From: Candidatus Chazhemtobacterium aquaticus
GTDB lineage: Bacteria > Patescibacteriota > Microgenomatia > UBA1400 > Chazhemtobacteraceae
Direction: 5' to 3'
DNA: 64,000 nt
NCBI RefSeq assembly: GCF_009936135.1
Contig: NZ_CP047901.1
Location: forward strand, 563,354 to 627,353
Under the pieces are notes generated by a model that was not told where the DNA came from, made no database searches, and saw nothing but the letters and a program-made list of their open reading frames with translations. The position numbers were made by a program, and so were the translations under genes. Shown piece by piece: positions 37,457 to 46,375 of the stretch; the stretch's first letter is position 1; each line of letters opens with the position of its first letter.

Positions 37457-39538
37457 CTATTCAATTTTTTCAATCAAATCACGCAGGGAAGCTGCCCGCT
37501 CAAACTCCCAGTTCTTAGCCGCCTCGTTCATTAATCTCCTTAGTTTCTTACTCAGTTTAAGCTTGTCACTTGGTGTCATTGCCTCAACATCTACATCATC
37601 AGGACTACTCCAGCCATAATCATCCAGTACATCCATCTTTTTTTTCTTGTTATCTACCTTAATCCTCTTTAAAAGCTTATCTCTCATTGGCTTAATGATT
37701 CCTTTAGGTACGATTTCATGTTTCAAGTTATACCTTTCCTGAATTTTTCTTCTTCTGGTCACCTCATCCATAGCTCGTCTCATTGAATCGGTAATCTTGT
37801 CAGCATAAAGAATCGCCTTACCCTCAACATGTCTAGCTGCTCTACCCATTGTCTGGATAAGTGAGGTTTCTGAGCGTAAAAATCCCTCCTTATCAGCATC
37901 CAAAATCGCCACCAATGACACTTCCGGAAGATCCAGACCCTCTCTAAGTAAGTTGATTCCCACCACAACATCCACCTCACCACTACGCAAATCATCCAAT
38001 ACATCAATCCTATCTAATGTCTCCACATCTGCATGAAGATAATGAACCTTAATTGGACTTTTTAGTTTGTATCCGATTTTTTCCTCTACCCGTTCACTGT
38101 CTTTTATATAATCAGCCAACTCCTCAGCCATTTTCTTCGTCAATGTGGTTGCTAGCACCCGCTCACACTTTTCTTTTCGTTTGACTATCTCTCTTATCAA
38201 ATCACTCACTTGGCCCTCAATTGGTCTCACCTCGATCACCGGTTCAAGCAAACCGGTTGGCCTAATCAGTTGCTCGACGACCTTGCCCCCTGCCAAATTA
38301 ATCTCCCACTCAGCCGGAGTTGCACTTACATAAATAGCCTGTTTAATCTTTCTGGCAAACTCCTCATACTTAAGAGGCCTATTATCTCTAGCTGATGGCA
38401 ATCTAAAACCATACTCTATTAATGTTTCTTTTCTAGCCTCATCTCCTCGATACATACCTTTAATCTGTGGCAGAGTAATGTGACTCTCATCAATTACGGT
38501 CAAAAATTTTTTCTTACCAAAAATCTCAGCATTATGCTGCATGTACTCAATCAAAGTGAAAGGTGCCTCACCAGGCTGTCGGCCATCGAAATACCGAGAA
38601 TAATTTTCAATACCATTCACATACCCCATAGTCATTAACATCTCCAGATCGTAGTTTACTTTCTGTTCCAGTCTATGAGCCTCTAGTATCTTGCCTTGAT
38701 TCTTAAGCTCTTTACTTCGCTTGGCCAAATCTTTCTTTATCTCCTCCACCGCTTTATCCTGACTGTACACATCTGCCAAGAAATGTTTAGCCGGAGATAT
38801 CACTGCCCGTTTCTCTCTTCCTTCACTCTCACCTGTAAGCAGTAGGGGAGTCAGATCAACTGAATCAACCCAGATTAAATCCTTTATCTCCTTCTCACCA
38901 AACACAATTCTTAACACCTCATCTTTATCAGCTGGCCACACCTCAACATACTCACCCCTTACCCTAAAATTTCCCCTAAGCAATTGACCTCTAGTCCGCT
39001 CATACTGCATGTCAACTAACCGTTTCATTACCTCTTCACGTCCAATCAGCTCACCACTAATCAGCTCCAACATATTCAGAGCATAATCCTTTGGCGAACC
39101 CAAATTATATATACATGACACCGAAGCCACCACAATAACATCCGGTCTTGTCAGCAAGTTGGTGGTTGCCGCCAGTCTCAATTTATCTATCTCATCATTA
39201 ACACTCGTCTCCTTTTCAATATAGGTATCAGACTGGGGGATATACGCCTCTGGCTGATAGTAGTCATAATACGACACAAAGTATGACACAGCATTTTCTG
39301 GAAAAAAATCTCTAAATTCCTGGTACAGTTGAGCCGCTAATGTTTTATTGTGGGAAATGATCAAGGTAGGTAGTTTCACTTCCTCAATCACCTTGGCCAG
39401 ACTAAATGTCTTGCCCGAACCCGTCACTCCTAGCAACACCTGACCGCTCTCATTCTGTCTGATTCCTTCCACCAATTTTTTTATAGCTTCTGGTTGGTCT
39501 CCTCCTGGTTCAAATGGTGATTTCAATTTAAAATCCAT
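37457..39538 (-). CDS. uvrB: Excinuclease ABC subunit B
   Basis: N-terminal GDQPEAI, Walker A GVTGSGKTF, DESH, helicase motifs, and a C-terminal UVR domain (KLSKKLRRLMNEAAKNWEFERAASLRDLI). Confidence 0.95.
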   Translation of the reverse strand: MDFKLKSPFEPGGDQPEAIKKLVEGIRQNESGQVLLGVTGSGKTFSLAKVIEEVKLPTLIISHNKTLAAQLYQEFRDFFPENAVSYFVSYYDYYQPEAYIPQSDTYIEKETSVNDEIDKLRLAATTNLLTRPDVIVVASVSCIYNLGSPKDYALNMLELISGELIGREEVMKRLVDMQYERTRGQLLRGNFRVRGEYVEVWPADKDEVLRIVFGEKEIKDLIWVDSVDLTPLLLTGESEGREKRAVISPAKHFLADVYSQDKAVEEIKKDLAKRSKELKNQGKILEAHRLEQKVNYDLEMLMTMGYVNGIENYSRYFDGRQPGEAPFTLIEYMQHNAEIFGKKKFLTVIDESHITLPQIKGMYRGDEARKETLIEYGFRLPSARDNRPLKYEEFARKIKQAIYVSATPAEWEINLAGGKVVEQLIRPTGLLEPVIEVRPIEGQVSDLIREIVKRKEKCERVLATTLTKKMAEELADYIKDSERVEEKIGYKLKSPIKVHYLHADVETLDRIDVLDDLRSGEVDVVVGINLLREGLDLPEVSLVAILDADKEGFLRSETSLIQTMGRAARHVEGKAILYADKITDSMRRAMDEVTRRRKIQERYNLKHEIVPKGIIKPMRDKLLKRIKVDNKKKKMDVLDDYGWSSPDDVDVEAMTPSDKLKLSKKLRRLMNEAAKNWEFERAASLRDLIEKIE

Positions 39539-39546
39539 CAATCTAA

Positions 39547-39571
39547 CATTTTACCAGAAAAATACCCGAAA
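39547..39571 (-). promoter_or_regulatory. uvrB promoter motif (copy of the uvrA motif); -10 sits about 10 nt from the start codon, suggesting a leaderless mRNA
   Basis: The coding strand reads TTTCGGGTATTTTTCTGGTAAAATG, nearly identical to 36221-36244. Confidence 0.5.
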
Positions 39572-39591
39572 TCTTCTACTTGACTTCGGGT
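39564..39591. promoter_or_regulatory. Palindrome ACCCGAA-N14-TTCGGGT in the uvrB-lexA divergent promoter region (candidate operator)
   Basis: It overlaps the lexA -35 (TTGACT 39580-39585; -10 TAAATT 39603-39608, only 7 nt before the ATG) and abuts the uvrB motif. Confidence 0.4.
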
Positions 39592-39614
39592 TTTATTTGT
39601 CATAAATTCTAATC

Positions 39615-40229
39615 ATGGCAGTCACCCTTTACAAGCGACAACGACAAATCGTTGATTTTATCTCCCAATACATTCAAGTTCATGGTTACTCACCCACTCT
39701 TCAAGAAATTGCCGATGCCTTAGGTGTCTCCTCACTAGCTACCGTACACGAACATCTTCAAGCCCTAATCAAGAAAAAAATCATCCGCAAATATGAAGGC
39801 GCTGTCCGAGGTATCGAACTGGTTGACAAAAAGATTGGCCAGGCCTTAAGTACCGTCGAACTTCCCATTCTAGGCTACATAGTCGCCGGTAAACCAATCG
39901 AACCCTATGATGAACCAGACGCTACCTTAAAAGTCTCTCCAGAGATGATCACTGGCAAACGCAAAGCTTTTGTTCTACGTGTTAATGGTGAGAGCATGCG
40001 TGATGATGGTATCTTTGATGGCGATTTTGTAGTCTGCGAAGAAACCAATCAGGCTGATAACGGTGATATAGTGGTAGCTCTTTTGGAAAACGGCTTAGCC
40101 ACTCTTAAAAGATTCTTTAGAGAAAAAACCCGAATTCGACTAGAACCAGCTAATGCTTCAATGAGCCCCATCTACGCCACCAGAGTTCGTATCCAAGGCA
40201 AAGTAGTTGGTGTTATCAGGCGCTTTTAG
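39615..40229 (+). CDS. lexA: LexA repressor (S24 peptidase)
   Basis: N-terminal wHTH (SPTLQEIADALGVSSLATVHEHLQAL). The cleavage region is VAGKPIEP, followed by the Ser/Lys dyad context VNGESMRDDGI...LKRF. Confidence 0.9.
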   Translation: MAVTLYKRQRQIVDFISQYIQVHGYSPTLQEIADALGVSSLATVHEHLQALIKKKIIRKYEGAVRGIELVDKKIGQALSTVELPILGYIVAGKPIEPYDEPDATLKVSPEMITGKRKAFVLRVNGESMRDDGIFDGDFVVCEETNQADNGDIVVALLENGLATLKRFFREKTRIRLEPANASMSPIYATRVRIQGKVVGVIRRF

Positions 40230-40234
40230 TTGAT

Positions 40235-40504
40235 ATGGTAGAAAGACCAAACACTCCTCCAGAAGCCTTCCCTGGAGCTTTCTTTGAGTACGATGAAGGC
40301 TCACCCACTGGCACCATGATTCTCCACTACCATGGACATATCTCTGCACAAGACCTAGAACTCTTTGACCTTCTTCCCGATCAGGCAGTCATCACTCATA
40401 CCACCGGTATCGAAGATGAACCCATCACTCGTGTCGAGTTCATAGCCCCCAACCCTGACTATATGGACGAAAACAACTCTCCCTTACCTGAAACTCTCGA
40501 ATAG
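40235..40504 (+). CDS. Small acidic hypothetical protein directly downstream of lexA
   Basis: An 89-aa ORF beginning 6 nt after the lexA stop. No motif recognised. Confidence 0.35.
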   Translation: MVERPNTPPEAFPGAFFEYDEGSPTGTMILHYHGHISAQDLELFDLLPDQAVITHTTGIEDEPITRVEFIAPNPDYMDENNSPLPETLE

Positions 40505-41326
40505 TTTGTTCATCTCTCTTTTTCTCTTAAGCTCAAGTAAGTTCTTTCTCTCCAGTACTCCATAGCTGTATCCCAAAACCGGTTTACTTTCTCTGAAAAA
40601 CTCGCCGATCATTATCTGCTGGTTAGTCCAGACTCCCTTTTTTAACGCCTCCAGTCTTGATCTTTCCGGTTGCTCTAGCTTTTTGATTCTTTCTCTAAAC
40701 CAGGCATAAGTATTTATTTTGTTAAAAGTCACACACGGTTGTAGCACCTCCACCAAGCTAAAACCTTCGTGATTAATTGCGTCACTAATTAGAGTTGTTA
40801 AGTGCTCAATATCACCAGCAAATCCCCGCATTACCTGACTTGCCCCCAGTGTTAAAGCCAACTGCACTGGATTTAATGGTTCATCAGGTGTACCCATCGG
40901 GTACGTCTTACTTTTACTCCCTTTCAAAGAAATAGGGGATGACTGTCCGGTCGTTAAACCATATATTTGATTGTTATGCAAAATCACTGTTATATCAGGG
41001 TTTGATCGTGATGCTGCCACCAAATGAGCCACCCCTTCACCCAGTAAATCTCCATCTCCGCCCACCACAATTACCTTCAGTTTCTTATTTGCCAACTTTA
41101 TCCCCTCAGCCACCGGAATCGCTCTGCCATGCAGTCCATGCACACCATACACCTTAACAAAACTAGCCATATTCCCCGAACAACCAATGCCATAAACTAT
41201 GACCACATTCTCAATCGGGGTATCAAGTTTACTTAGTGCTTTTTTCAAAGCTGCCCAGATTCCATAATCACCACACCCTGGACACCAAGTCGGGAAGACA
41301 CTGGTATTTAGTTCTTCGGATTTCAT
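40484..41326 (-). CDS. 2-oxoacid:ferredoxin oxidoreductase beta subunit (TPP-binding)
   Basis: Motifs CPGCGDYGI, GIGCSGN and VVGGDGDLLGEG (TPP/Mg binding) are characteristic of POR/KOR beta subunits. Confidence 0.8.
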   Translation of the reverse strand: MKSEELNTSVFPTWCPGCGDYGIWAALKKALSKLDTPIENVVIVYGIGCSGNMASFVKVYGVHGLHGRAIPVAEGIKLANKKLKVIVVGGDGDLLGEGVAHLVAASRSNPDITVILHNNQIYGLTTGQSSPISLKGSKSKTYPMGTPDEPLNPVQLALTLGASQVMRGFAGDIEHLTTLISDAINHEGFSLVEVLQPCVTFNKINTYAWFRERIKKLEQPERSRLEALKKGVWTNQQIMIGEFFRESKPVLGYSYGVLERKNLLELKRKREMNKLFESFR

Positions 41327-43077
41327 ATGATTCTTTTCACCAAATTAACAACCTCATCTACATAAAATGGCCTACCATCATCCTTGCGAATATTACTTAT
41401 CCCCCCCAGTCCCAGATACTCACGCACCAAACCCTCCAACTGTCCAGTCATGTTATTTTCCAAGAACACCAACTTTCTCCCCTCCAACACCTCTCTTGCT
41501 TTGCTAGGCATCGGCCAAACGTGGTTAAAATGGATATAGTTAACGTCATTAAACTCTTTAATCACCTCCAAAGCTACTCCTTTAACACTTCCAAATCCAA
41601 CCAAACTTAATTTAGTTTCCTTTGATCCGTAGATAACCGGCAAAGCCATATCACTCTCAATAGACTTCAACTTAAGCAATCTTCTCCTCACCATTACCTC
41701 CCGCATCTCAGCCGACTCATCAACTAAACCCTCTGGCCCGTGTTCATCTGAGTTAGCCACATAGTACCCATTAACCAACCCTGGTAGAGTCCGCTCCGAC
41801 ACACCATTAGCACTCGGTTGGTAGCGATGGAACATCTCCTCCTCAGGCTTCTTTGGTTTGTCAGTTACATTACTTACCTCAACTACCGGTTTTTCCTCCA
41901 GCAACTCAACCGAGTAATGCGACTCGGCCAGTAACTTATCAGTCAGCAAGATCACCACCGTTTGATATTTTTGAGCCAACTCAAATGCCTTGTAACTCAA
42001 CTCATATGCTTCAACTGGATCTCCAGGGGCCAGTACTATCTTAGCAAACTCACCATGTCCAGCGTGAATTGCAAATCGCAAATCAGTCTGACTTGACCAG
42101 GTTGGTAAACCAGTTGCCGGTCCGGGTCTCATTGCCAACATCACCACCAAAGGCAACTCCAACATTCCAGCCAGTGAGATACCTTCTTGCATCAAAGCAA
42201 ACCCACCACCACTTGTTCCCGTCATTGCCTTAACACCCGCAAAACTAGCTCCAATCGCCATATTAACTGCCGCAATCTCATCCTCCGTTTGTCTGACAAC
42301 CAAGTCATATTTATCCTGGTACTTAGCCAAAAAGTGCATCACTGGCGTTGCTGGTGTCATTGGATATGCACAATACAGTTGCATTCCCGCTGCCATTGCC
42401 CCCATTGCCACCGCCTCACTACCGCTCATCACCATTCGCGGCTTATCTGCCCTTTTCCTTAACTCCACCTGTCTCTCCTCACCAGCCAACTCCCAACCAA
42501 CCCTAAGCGCTTTCTTGTTAATTTCCAACAATTCTTTCTTCTTGCCAAACTCTTCCTCGATCAACTCCTCAAATATACTTATCTCTACACCTATCAAGGC
42601 TGCACTCACCCCCAGGGCAATAACATTTTGCACAATTGGGTTACCCAACTCCTTCGCTTTTTCAAGCAAAGGTACTTGGATAAGTCTGCCCCTATTACCC
42701 TCAATCTTTACACTCTCATCAACCACAATCTTTGTTCGCTCATCAATCTCATCCTCATGTAAAACTACTCCCTCCTCGTTTAAGGCCACTAAAATGTCTA
42801 GATTCCATCTGGGATTACTTACCTGTTTTTCACTCGCCAGTACTTGATACGTGTTATGTCCACCTCTGATCAACGATGGATACTCGGTGTAACCGTTAAT
42901 ATACAAACCTGAACGTGACAAAGCTTTAGCCATAACCTCACCAGTCGACTTTATTCCCAGTCCTGCAGCTCCAGCAATTTTCCAGTTGATTGTCTTATCT
43001 CCCCAGGGCATTACTAATGAGTATAGCAATGCACCCACCCTCCGTCTATCACACATAAATTTAAAAACTAAAACCAC
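41323..43077 (-). CDS. 2-oxoacid:ferredoxin oxidoreductase alpha subunit with fused N-terminal gamma-like domain
   Basis: The N-terminus KIAGAAGLGIKSTGEVMAKAL...YPSLIRGG is the gamma-domain pattern. It is followed by the alpha-subunit transketolase-like region (GYPMTPATPVMHFLA...). The architecture matches two-subunit OFORs. Confidence 0.75.
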   Translation of the reverse strand: MVLVFKFMCDRRRVGALLYSLVMPWGDKTINWKIAGAAGLGIKSTGEVMAKALSRSGLYINGYTEYPSLIRGGHNTYQVLASEKQVSNPRWNLDILVALNEEGVVLHEDEIDERTKIVVDESVKIEGNRGRLIQVPLLEKAKELGNPIVQNVIALGVSAALIGVEISIFEELIEEEFGKKKELLEINKKALRVGWELAGEERQVELRKRADKPRMVMSGSEAVAMGAMAAGMQLYCAYPMTPATPVMHFLAKYQDKYDLVVRQTEDEIAAVNMAIGASFAGVKAMTGTSGGGFALMQEGISLAGMLELPLVVMLAMRPGPATGLPTWSSQTDLRFAIHAGHGEFAKIVLAPGDPVEAYELSYKAFELAQKYQTVVILLTDKLLAESHYSVELLEEKPVVEVSNVTDKPKKPEEEMFHRYQPSANGVSERTLPGLVNGYYVANSDEHGPEGLVDESAEMREVMVRRRLLKLKSIESDMALPVIYGSKETKLSLVGFGSVKGVALEVIKEFNDVNYIHFNHVWPMPSKAREVLEGRKLVFLENNMTGQLEGLVREYLGLGGISNIRKDDGRPFYVDEVVNLVKRII

Positions 43078-43147
43078 TGCGGATACAAAAAACCGGTACT
43101 AAGGTTCAGTACCGGCCTGTAGTAGGCATTTCCAGGAAGTCACTGCG

Positions 43148-43360
43148 TCAATTCACCCTGATCTTAATCAAGGTGACCAGTTTCCCGTCTTTATTGACCA
43201 CATCACTTCCCAGCAATGCCAACTGCTTCCCTGACCCACTGGCCAGAGCCTCTACTTGTGCTCCAGGATCCTCTACCTTGGTCTTAACAACCAAGATAAA
43301 TTCTGACCCAGAACGCATTCTTCGCACTTTAGTGGCCGCAGCCTGTATTGTTCCAGGCAT
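43148..43360 (-). CDS. Small hypothetical protein with canonical Shine-Dalgarno
   Basis: A 70-aa ORF preceded on its coding strand by AAAGGAGGTCAAC-ATG. It is locally GC-richer. No motif recognised. Confidence 0.45.
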   Translation of the reverse strand: MPGTIQAAATKVRRMRSGSEFILVVKTKVEDPGAQVEALASGSGKQLALLGSDVVNKDGKLVTLIKIRVN

Positions 43361-43418
43361 GTTGACCTCCTTTTTAAACTAAAATGGCGACCACCCATTC
43401 TACCATGACTGATACAAT

Positions 43419-44111
43419 ATGCTCATGAAACTAACCATATTAGGCCTACCCTTAGGCAATCATCTTGATATCTCTCTTCGGGCAATTGAAGTCATCAAGA
43501 ACGCCAAACTAGTCATCTGCGAAGATACCAGAGTCTTTAATAGGCTTTACTCGAAACTTCAACACGAGGGCTTCCTTGACGCACCTTTCACCGGTGAGTA
43601 TTTAGTTATTAATGACTTTAACGAAAAAACTACAGTCAACCACGCCCTAATCCGTCTTGAACAACTAGGAGAGGGGATTCTTGTCTCAGACGCCGGCTTA
43701 CCCACCATCTCTGACCCCGGATTCGTCTTGATTAATGCTGTTATAGACAAACAAGGCGAGCTTGATATTATCCCCGGACCTACTGCCGCCATGACAGCTC
43801 TAGCTATCTCAGGTTTTTCTGCTGACAAGGTTATGTTTTTAGGTTTTTTACCAAAAAAGACCTCCAAAAAGCACAAAACTCTTTCACTTCTCACCCCGCT
43901 AATCGGTCAGGGGATCACCCTAATTCTCTATCAATCACCTTACCGCCTGTCCCAAACTATCAAACAGCTGCTTGAGTATTTTCCACCCAGCACACCAGCC
44001 GTAGTTGTACGCGAGCTTACCAAGCCCCACCAAGAAATTATCCGCGACTCACTCGCCAACCTATCCAACCTCAAACCAAAAGGGGAGATCACCCTTTTAC
44101 TTAGGTTATAG
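43419..44111 (+). CDS. rsmI: 16S rRNA (cytidine1402-2'-O)-methyltransferase RsmI (tetrapyrrole-methylase fold)
   Basis: LTILGLPLGNHLDISLRAIEVIKNAKLVICEDTRV and ILVSDAGLPTISDPGFVLI are RsmI/TP_methylase signatures. Confidence 0.8.
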   Translation: MLMKLTILGLPLGNHLDISLRAIEVIKNAKLVICEDTRVFNRLYSKLQHEGFLDAPFTGEYLVINDFNEKTTVNHALIRLEQLGEGILVSDAGLPTISDPGFVLINAVIDKQGELDIIPGPTAAMTALAISGFSADKVMFLGFLPKKTSKKHKTLSLLTPLIGQGITLILYQSPYRLSQTIKQLLEYFPPSTPAVVVRELTKPHQEIIRDSLANLSNLKPKGEITLLLRL

Positions 44112-44625
44112 CCTTAGCCTCTTTAAGTCTCTCAATCGCTGTCTCTGTCATCCGCCTTTTTCCTCGCTGATATATCTGACTCGCAAGTTCTAAGGCCTCC
44201 TTATATCCCACCCACCTCACCACCCCATAAACACACTTGCTCATATCAAACTCAGTCACCAGACACTCGCTTTTAGCCAGAAAATAGTGTTTACCTTTCA
44301 TAGATAGCTCCTCACCCGTCTCTGTCATAATACTTTTTCCCTCAGTTTTATTTGGTGGAAACTCGACTCGGTCTACTCCAACTATTTCTAAGCTAAGATT
44401 TACTCCACTGGTTACCTCCTCACCCAGCTCCTCCTCGACAGTTCTAACCAATGCTGTCATCAAACTCTCACCACCCATAATTCCCCCCTGAGGTATCTGC
44501 CACAAACCATGCTCGACACTGTACGCCATCAGTAACTTTTCTTGATTAATCAAACATACAACCACCCCAGGCCTATAACCCTCTCGTCTTATTTTATCTA
44601 GCTCAGCTAAACTTGGTTCCCTCAT
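44101..44625 (-). CDS. NUDIX hydrolase
   Basis: The Nudix box is QGGIMGGESLMTALVRTVEEELGEEV (GG-x5-E-x7-RE-x2-EE-xG). Confidence 0.8.
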   Translation of the reverse strand: MREPSLAELDKIRREGYRPGVVVCLINQEKLLMAYSVEHGLWQIPQGGIMGGESLMTALVRTVEEELGEEVTSGVNLSLEIVGVDRVEFPPNKTEGKSIMTETGEELSMKGKHYFLAKSECLVTEFDMSKCVYGVVRWVGYKEALELASQIYQRGKRRMTETAIERLKEAKAIT

Positions 44626-44627
44626 TT

Positions 44628-46334
44628 TTACTCATCGGCCAAAGTGCTGGTGTCACCTACCTCCAGTCCCAACTCCTTAGCTCGAAGCATTCTTCTCACA
44701 ATTTTGCCCGATCTTGTTTTTGGTAGCTTATCAATAAACTCAATCTCTCTGGGGTAAGCATGGCCAGCCAAGTGCTTTTTAACATACACCGACAGCTCTT
44801 CTTTTAATTTCTCACTTGGAGTCACTCCAGGCTTTAACACAACAAACGCCTTGATTATCTGACCTCTGACTTCGTCCGGCTTGCCAATTACTCCTGCTTC
44901 AATTACTGCCTCATGCTCAATTAATGCCGACTCAACCTCAAAAGGACCAACCCGCTCTCCTGATGTCTTAATCACATCATCGTCCCTACCCACAAACCAA
45001 AAGTATCCATCCTCATCCATATATGCTCTATCACCGCTGATGAACCACTTGCCCTCAAAATAACTATCAAACTTCTTAGGTCGCCTCCATATAGTCTTCA
45101 TCATCGAGGGCCATCCTCGCTTCAATGCCAAACTACCCTCAGTCATTGGCCCCAACTCTTTTCCCTTATCATCCACAATAGCTGCCACATTTCCCGGTAC
45201 TGGTTTACCCATAGATCCAACCTTTATATCCATTGCTGGGAAGTTGGCAATCGAGATGGCTCCCGTTTCTGTTTGAAACCAGGTGTCATGAAACAAAATC
45301 TTTAATACCCTCCTACCCCATCTAATTGGATCGGGATTGAGTGGCTCGCCTACACTGCAGGCATGTCTCACTTTAGACAAGTCATATTTATCAGGCAACT
45401 CGTCACCAGCCGCTTGCAACAATCTAATTGCTGTTGGCGCTGTATACCACACACTCACCCCCCAATCCTGCAAAATCTTATACCAACTCTCTGCATCAAA
45501 TCTGCCGTTATACACCACTGCCGAGGCACCCAAACTCCATGAGCCCAAAATCCCATAAGCTACCCCAGTTACCCAGCCTGGATCAGCCGTACACCAGTAC
45601 ACATCATCAGGCTGCAGATCCAGCACGTACTTAGCCGTCATCTCCTCTTGTAACAAAGCCTCGTGCTTGTGCACCACCCCCTTAGGCTTGCCAGTTGATC
45701 CCGAGGTGTAAAGCATAAAGGCCGGATCATCTAGCTCCATCTCTCGTACCTCACCCTCGTCATCATACTGCTCCAATACCTTTTCTAAATCGTCACTCAA
45801 AATAATTTTTTCAAGGTTAGGTAAGTCTTTCTTGACCTTTTGAACTCGAGGTAGTAACTCTTTGTTAGTTACCAGAACCTTAGCATTACTACTTCCAATC
45901 CGATCTACCAAAGCCTGTTCCTGGAAAGCACTAAACAAAGTTCCAGCCACCGCCCCTCGTTTCAAAGTGCCTAAAAAGCCATAGTACATCTCCGGCACTC
46001 TTGGTAAAAAGAAAAAGACTCGATCACCACGATCAACCCCCAAGTCCTTAAGATAACTGGCAAACTGGCCGCTTAATCGCTCCATCTCAGCGAAGGTAAA
46101 TTTTCTCTCTGTCCAATCCTCGCCGATCCAATAAAGAGCTACCTTATTTTTCAGCTCATCCCGAGCATGTCTGCTTATCGCATTGTGAACAGCATTAAAC
46201 TTGCCTCCCTTAAAAAACTCCAGATCTTTTTTAACCTCATCCCAACTAAAATTCTTATACCCCTTCTCATAGTTCTCCAAGTTTGGAGTCTTGGCTAACT
46301 TTTTGTTCCCTACCTTTATTACATCTACTTTCAT
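44628..46334 (-). CDS. AMP-forming acyl-CoA synthetase (acetyl-CoA synthetase-like)
   Basis: AMP-binding motif MLYTSGSTGKPKGVVH. Also WYTAPTAIR, GEPLNP, SGDRAYMDEDGYFWFVGRDDDVIKTSGERVGPFEVE and the C-terminal PKTRSGKIVRR. Its size (568 aa) and N-terminal region are like short ACS enzymes. Confidence 0.7.
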   Translation of the reverse strand: MKVDVIKVGNKKLAKTPNLENYEKGYKNFSWDEVKKDLEFFKGGKFNAVHNAISRHARDELKNKVALYWIGEDWTERKFTFAEMERLSGQFASYLKDLGVDRGDRVFFFLPRVPEMYYGFLGTLKRGAVAGTLFSAFQEQALVDRIGSSNAKVLVTNKELLPRVQKVKKDLPNLEKIILSDDLEKVLEQYDDEGEVREMELDDPAFMLYTSGSTGKPKGVVHKHEALLQEEMTAKYVLDLQPDDVYWCTADPGWVTGVAYGILGSWSLGASAVVYNGRFDAESWYKILQDWGVSVWYTAPTAIRLLQAAGDELPDKYDLSKVRHACSVGEPLNPDPIRWGRRVLKILFHDTWFQTETGAISIANFPAMDIKVGSMGKPVPGNVAAIVDDKGKELGPMTEGSLALKRGWPSMMKTIWRRPKKFDSYFEGKWFISGDRAYMDEDGYFWFVGRDDDVIKTSGERVGPFEVESALIEHEAVIEAGVIGKPDEVRGQIIKAFVVLKPGVTPSEKLKEELSVYVKKHLAGHAYPREIEFIDKLPKTRSGKIVRRMLRAKELGLEVGDTSTLADE

Positions 46335-46375
46335 ATCTCCTCACTATATCAACTCTTAAACTTACTCGCAAAGCC

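Noticed and set aside
39592-39614. Looked for a Cheo-box (GAAC-N4-GTTC) or CTGT-N8-ACAG LexA site in front of lexA and uvrB.
   Set aside because: Neither consensus is present. Only the lineage-specific motif and the ACCCGAA/TTCGGGT palindrome are seen.
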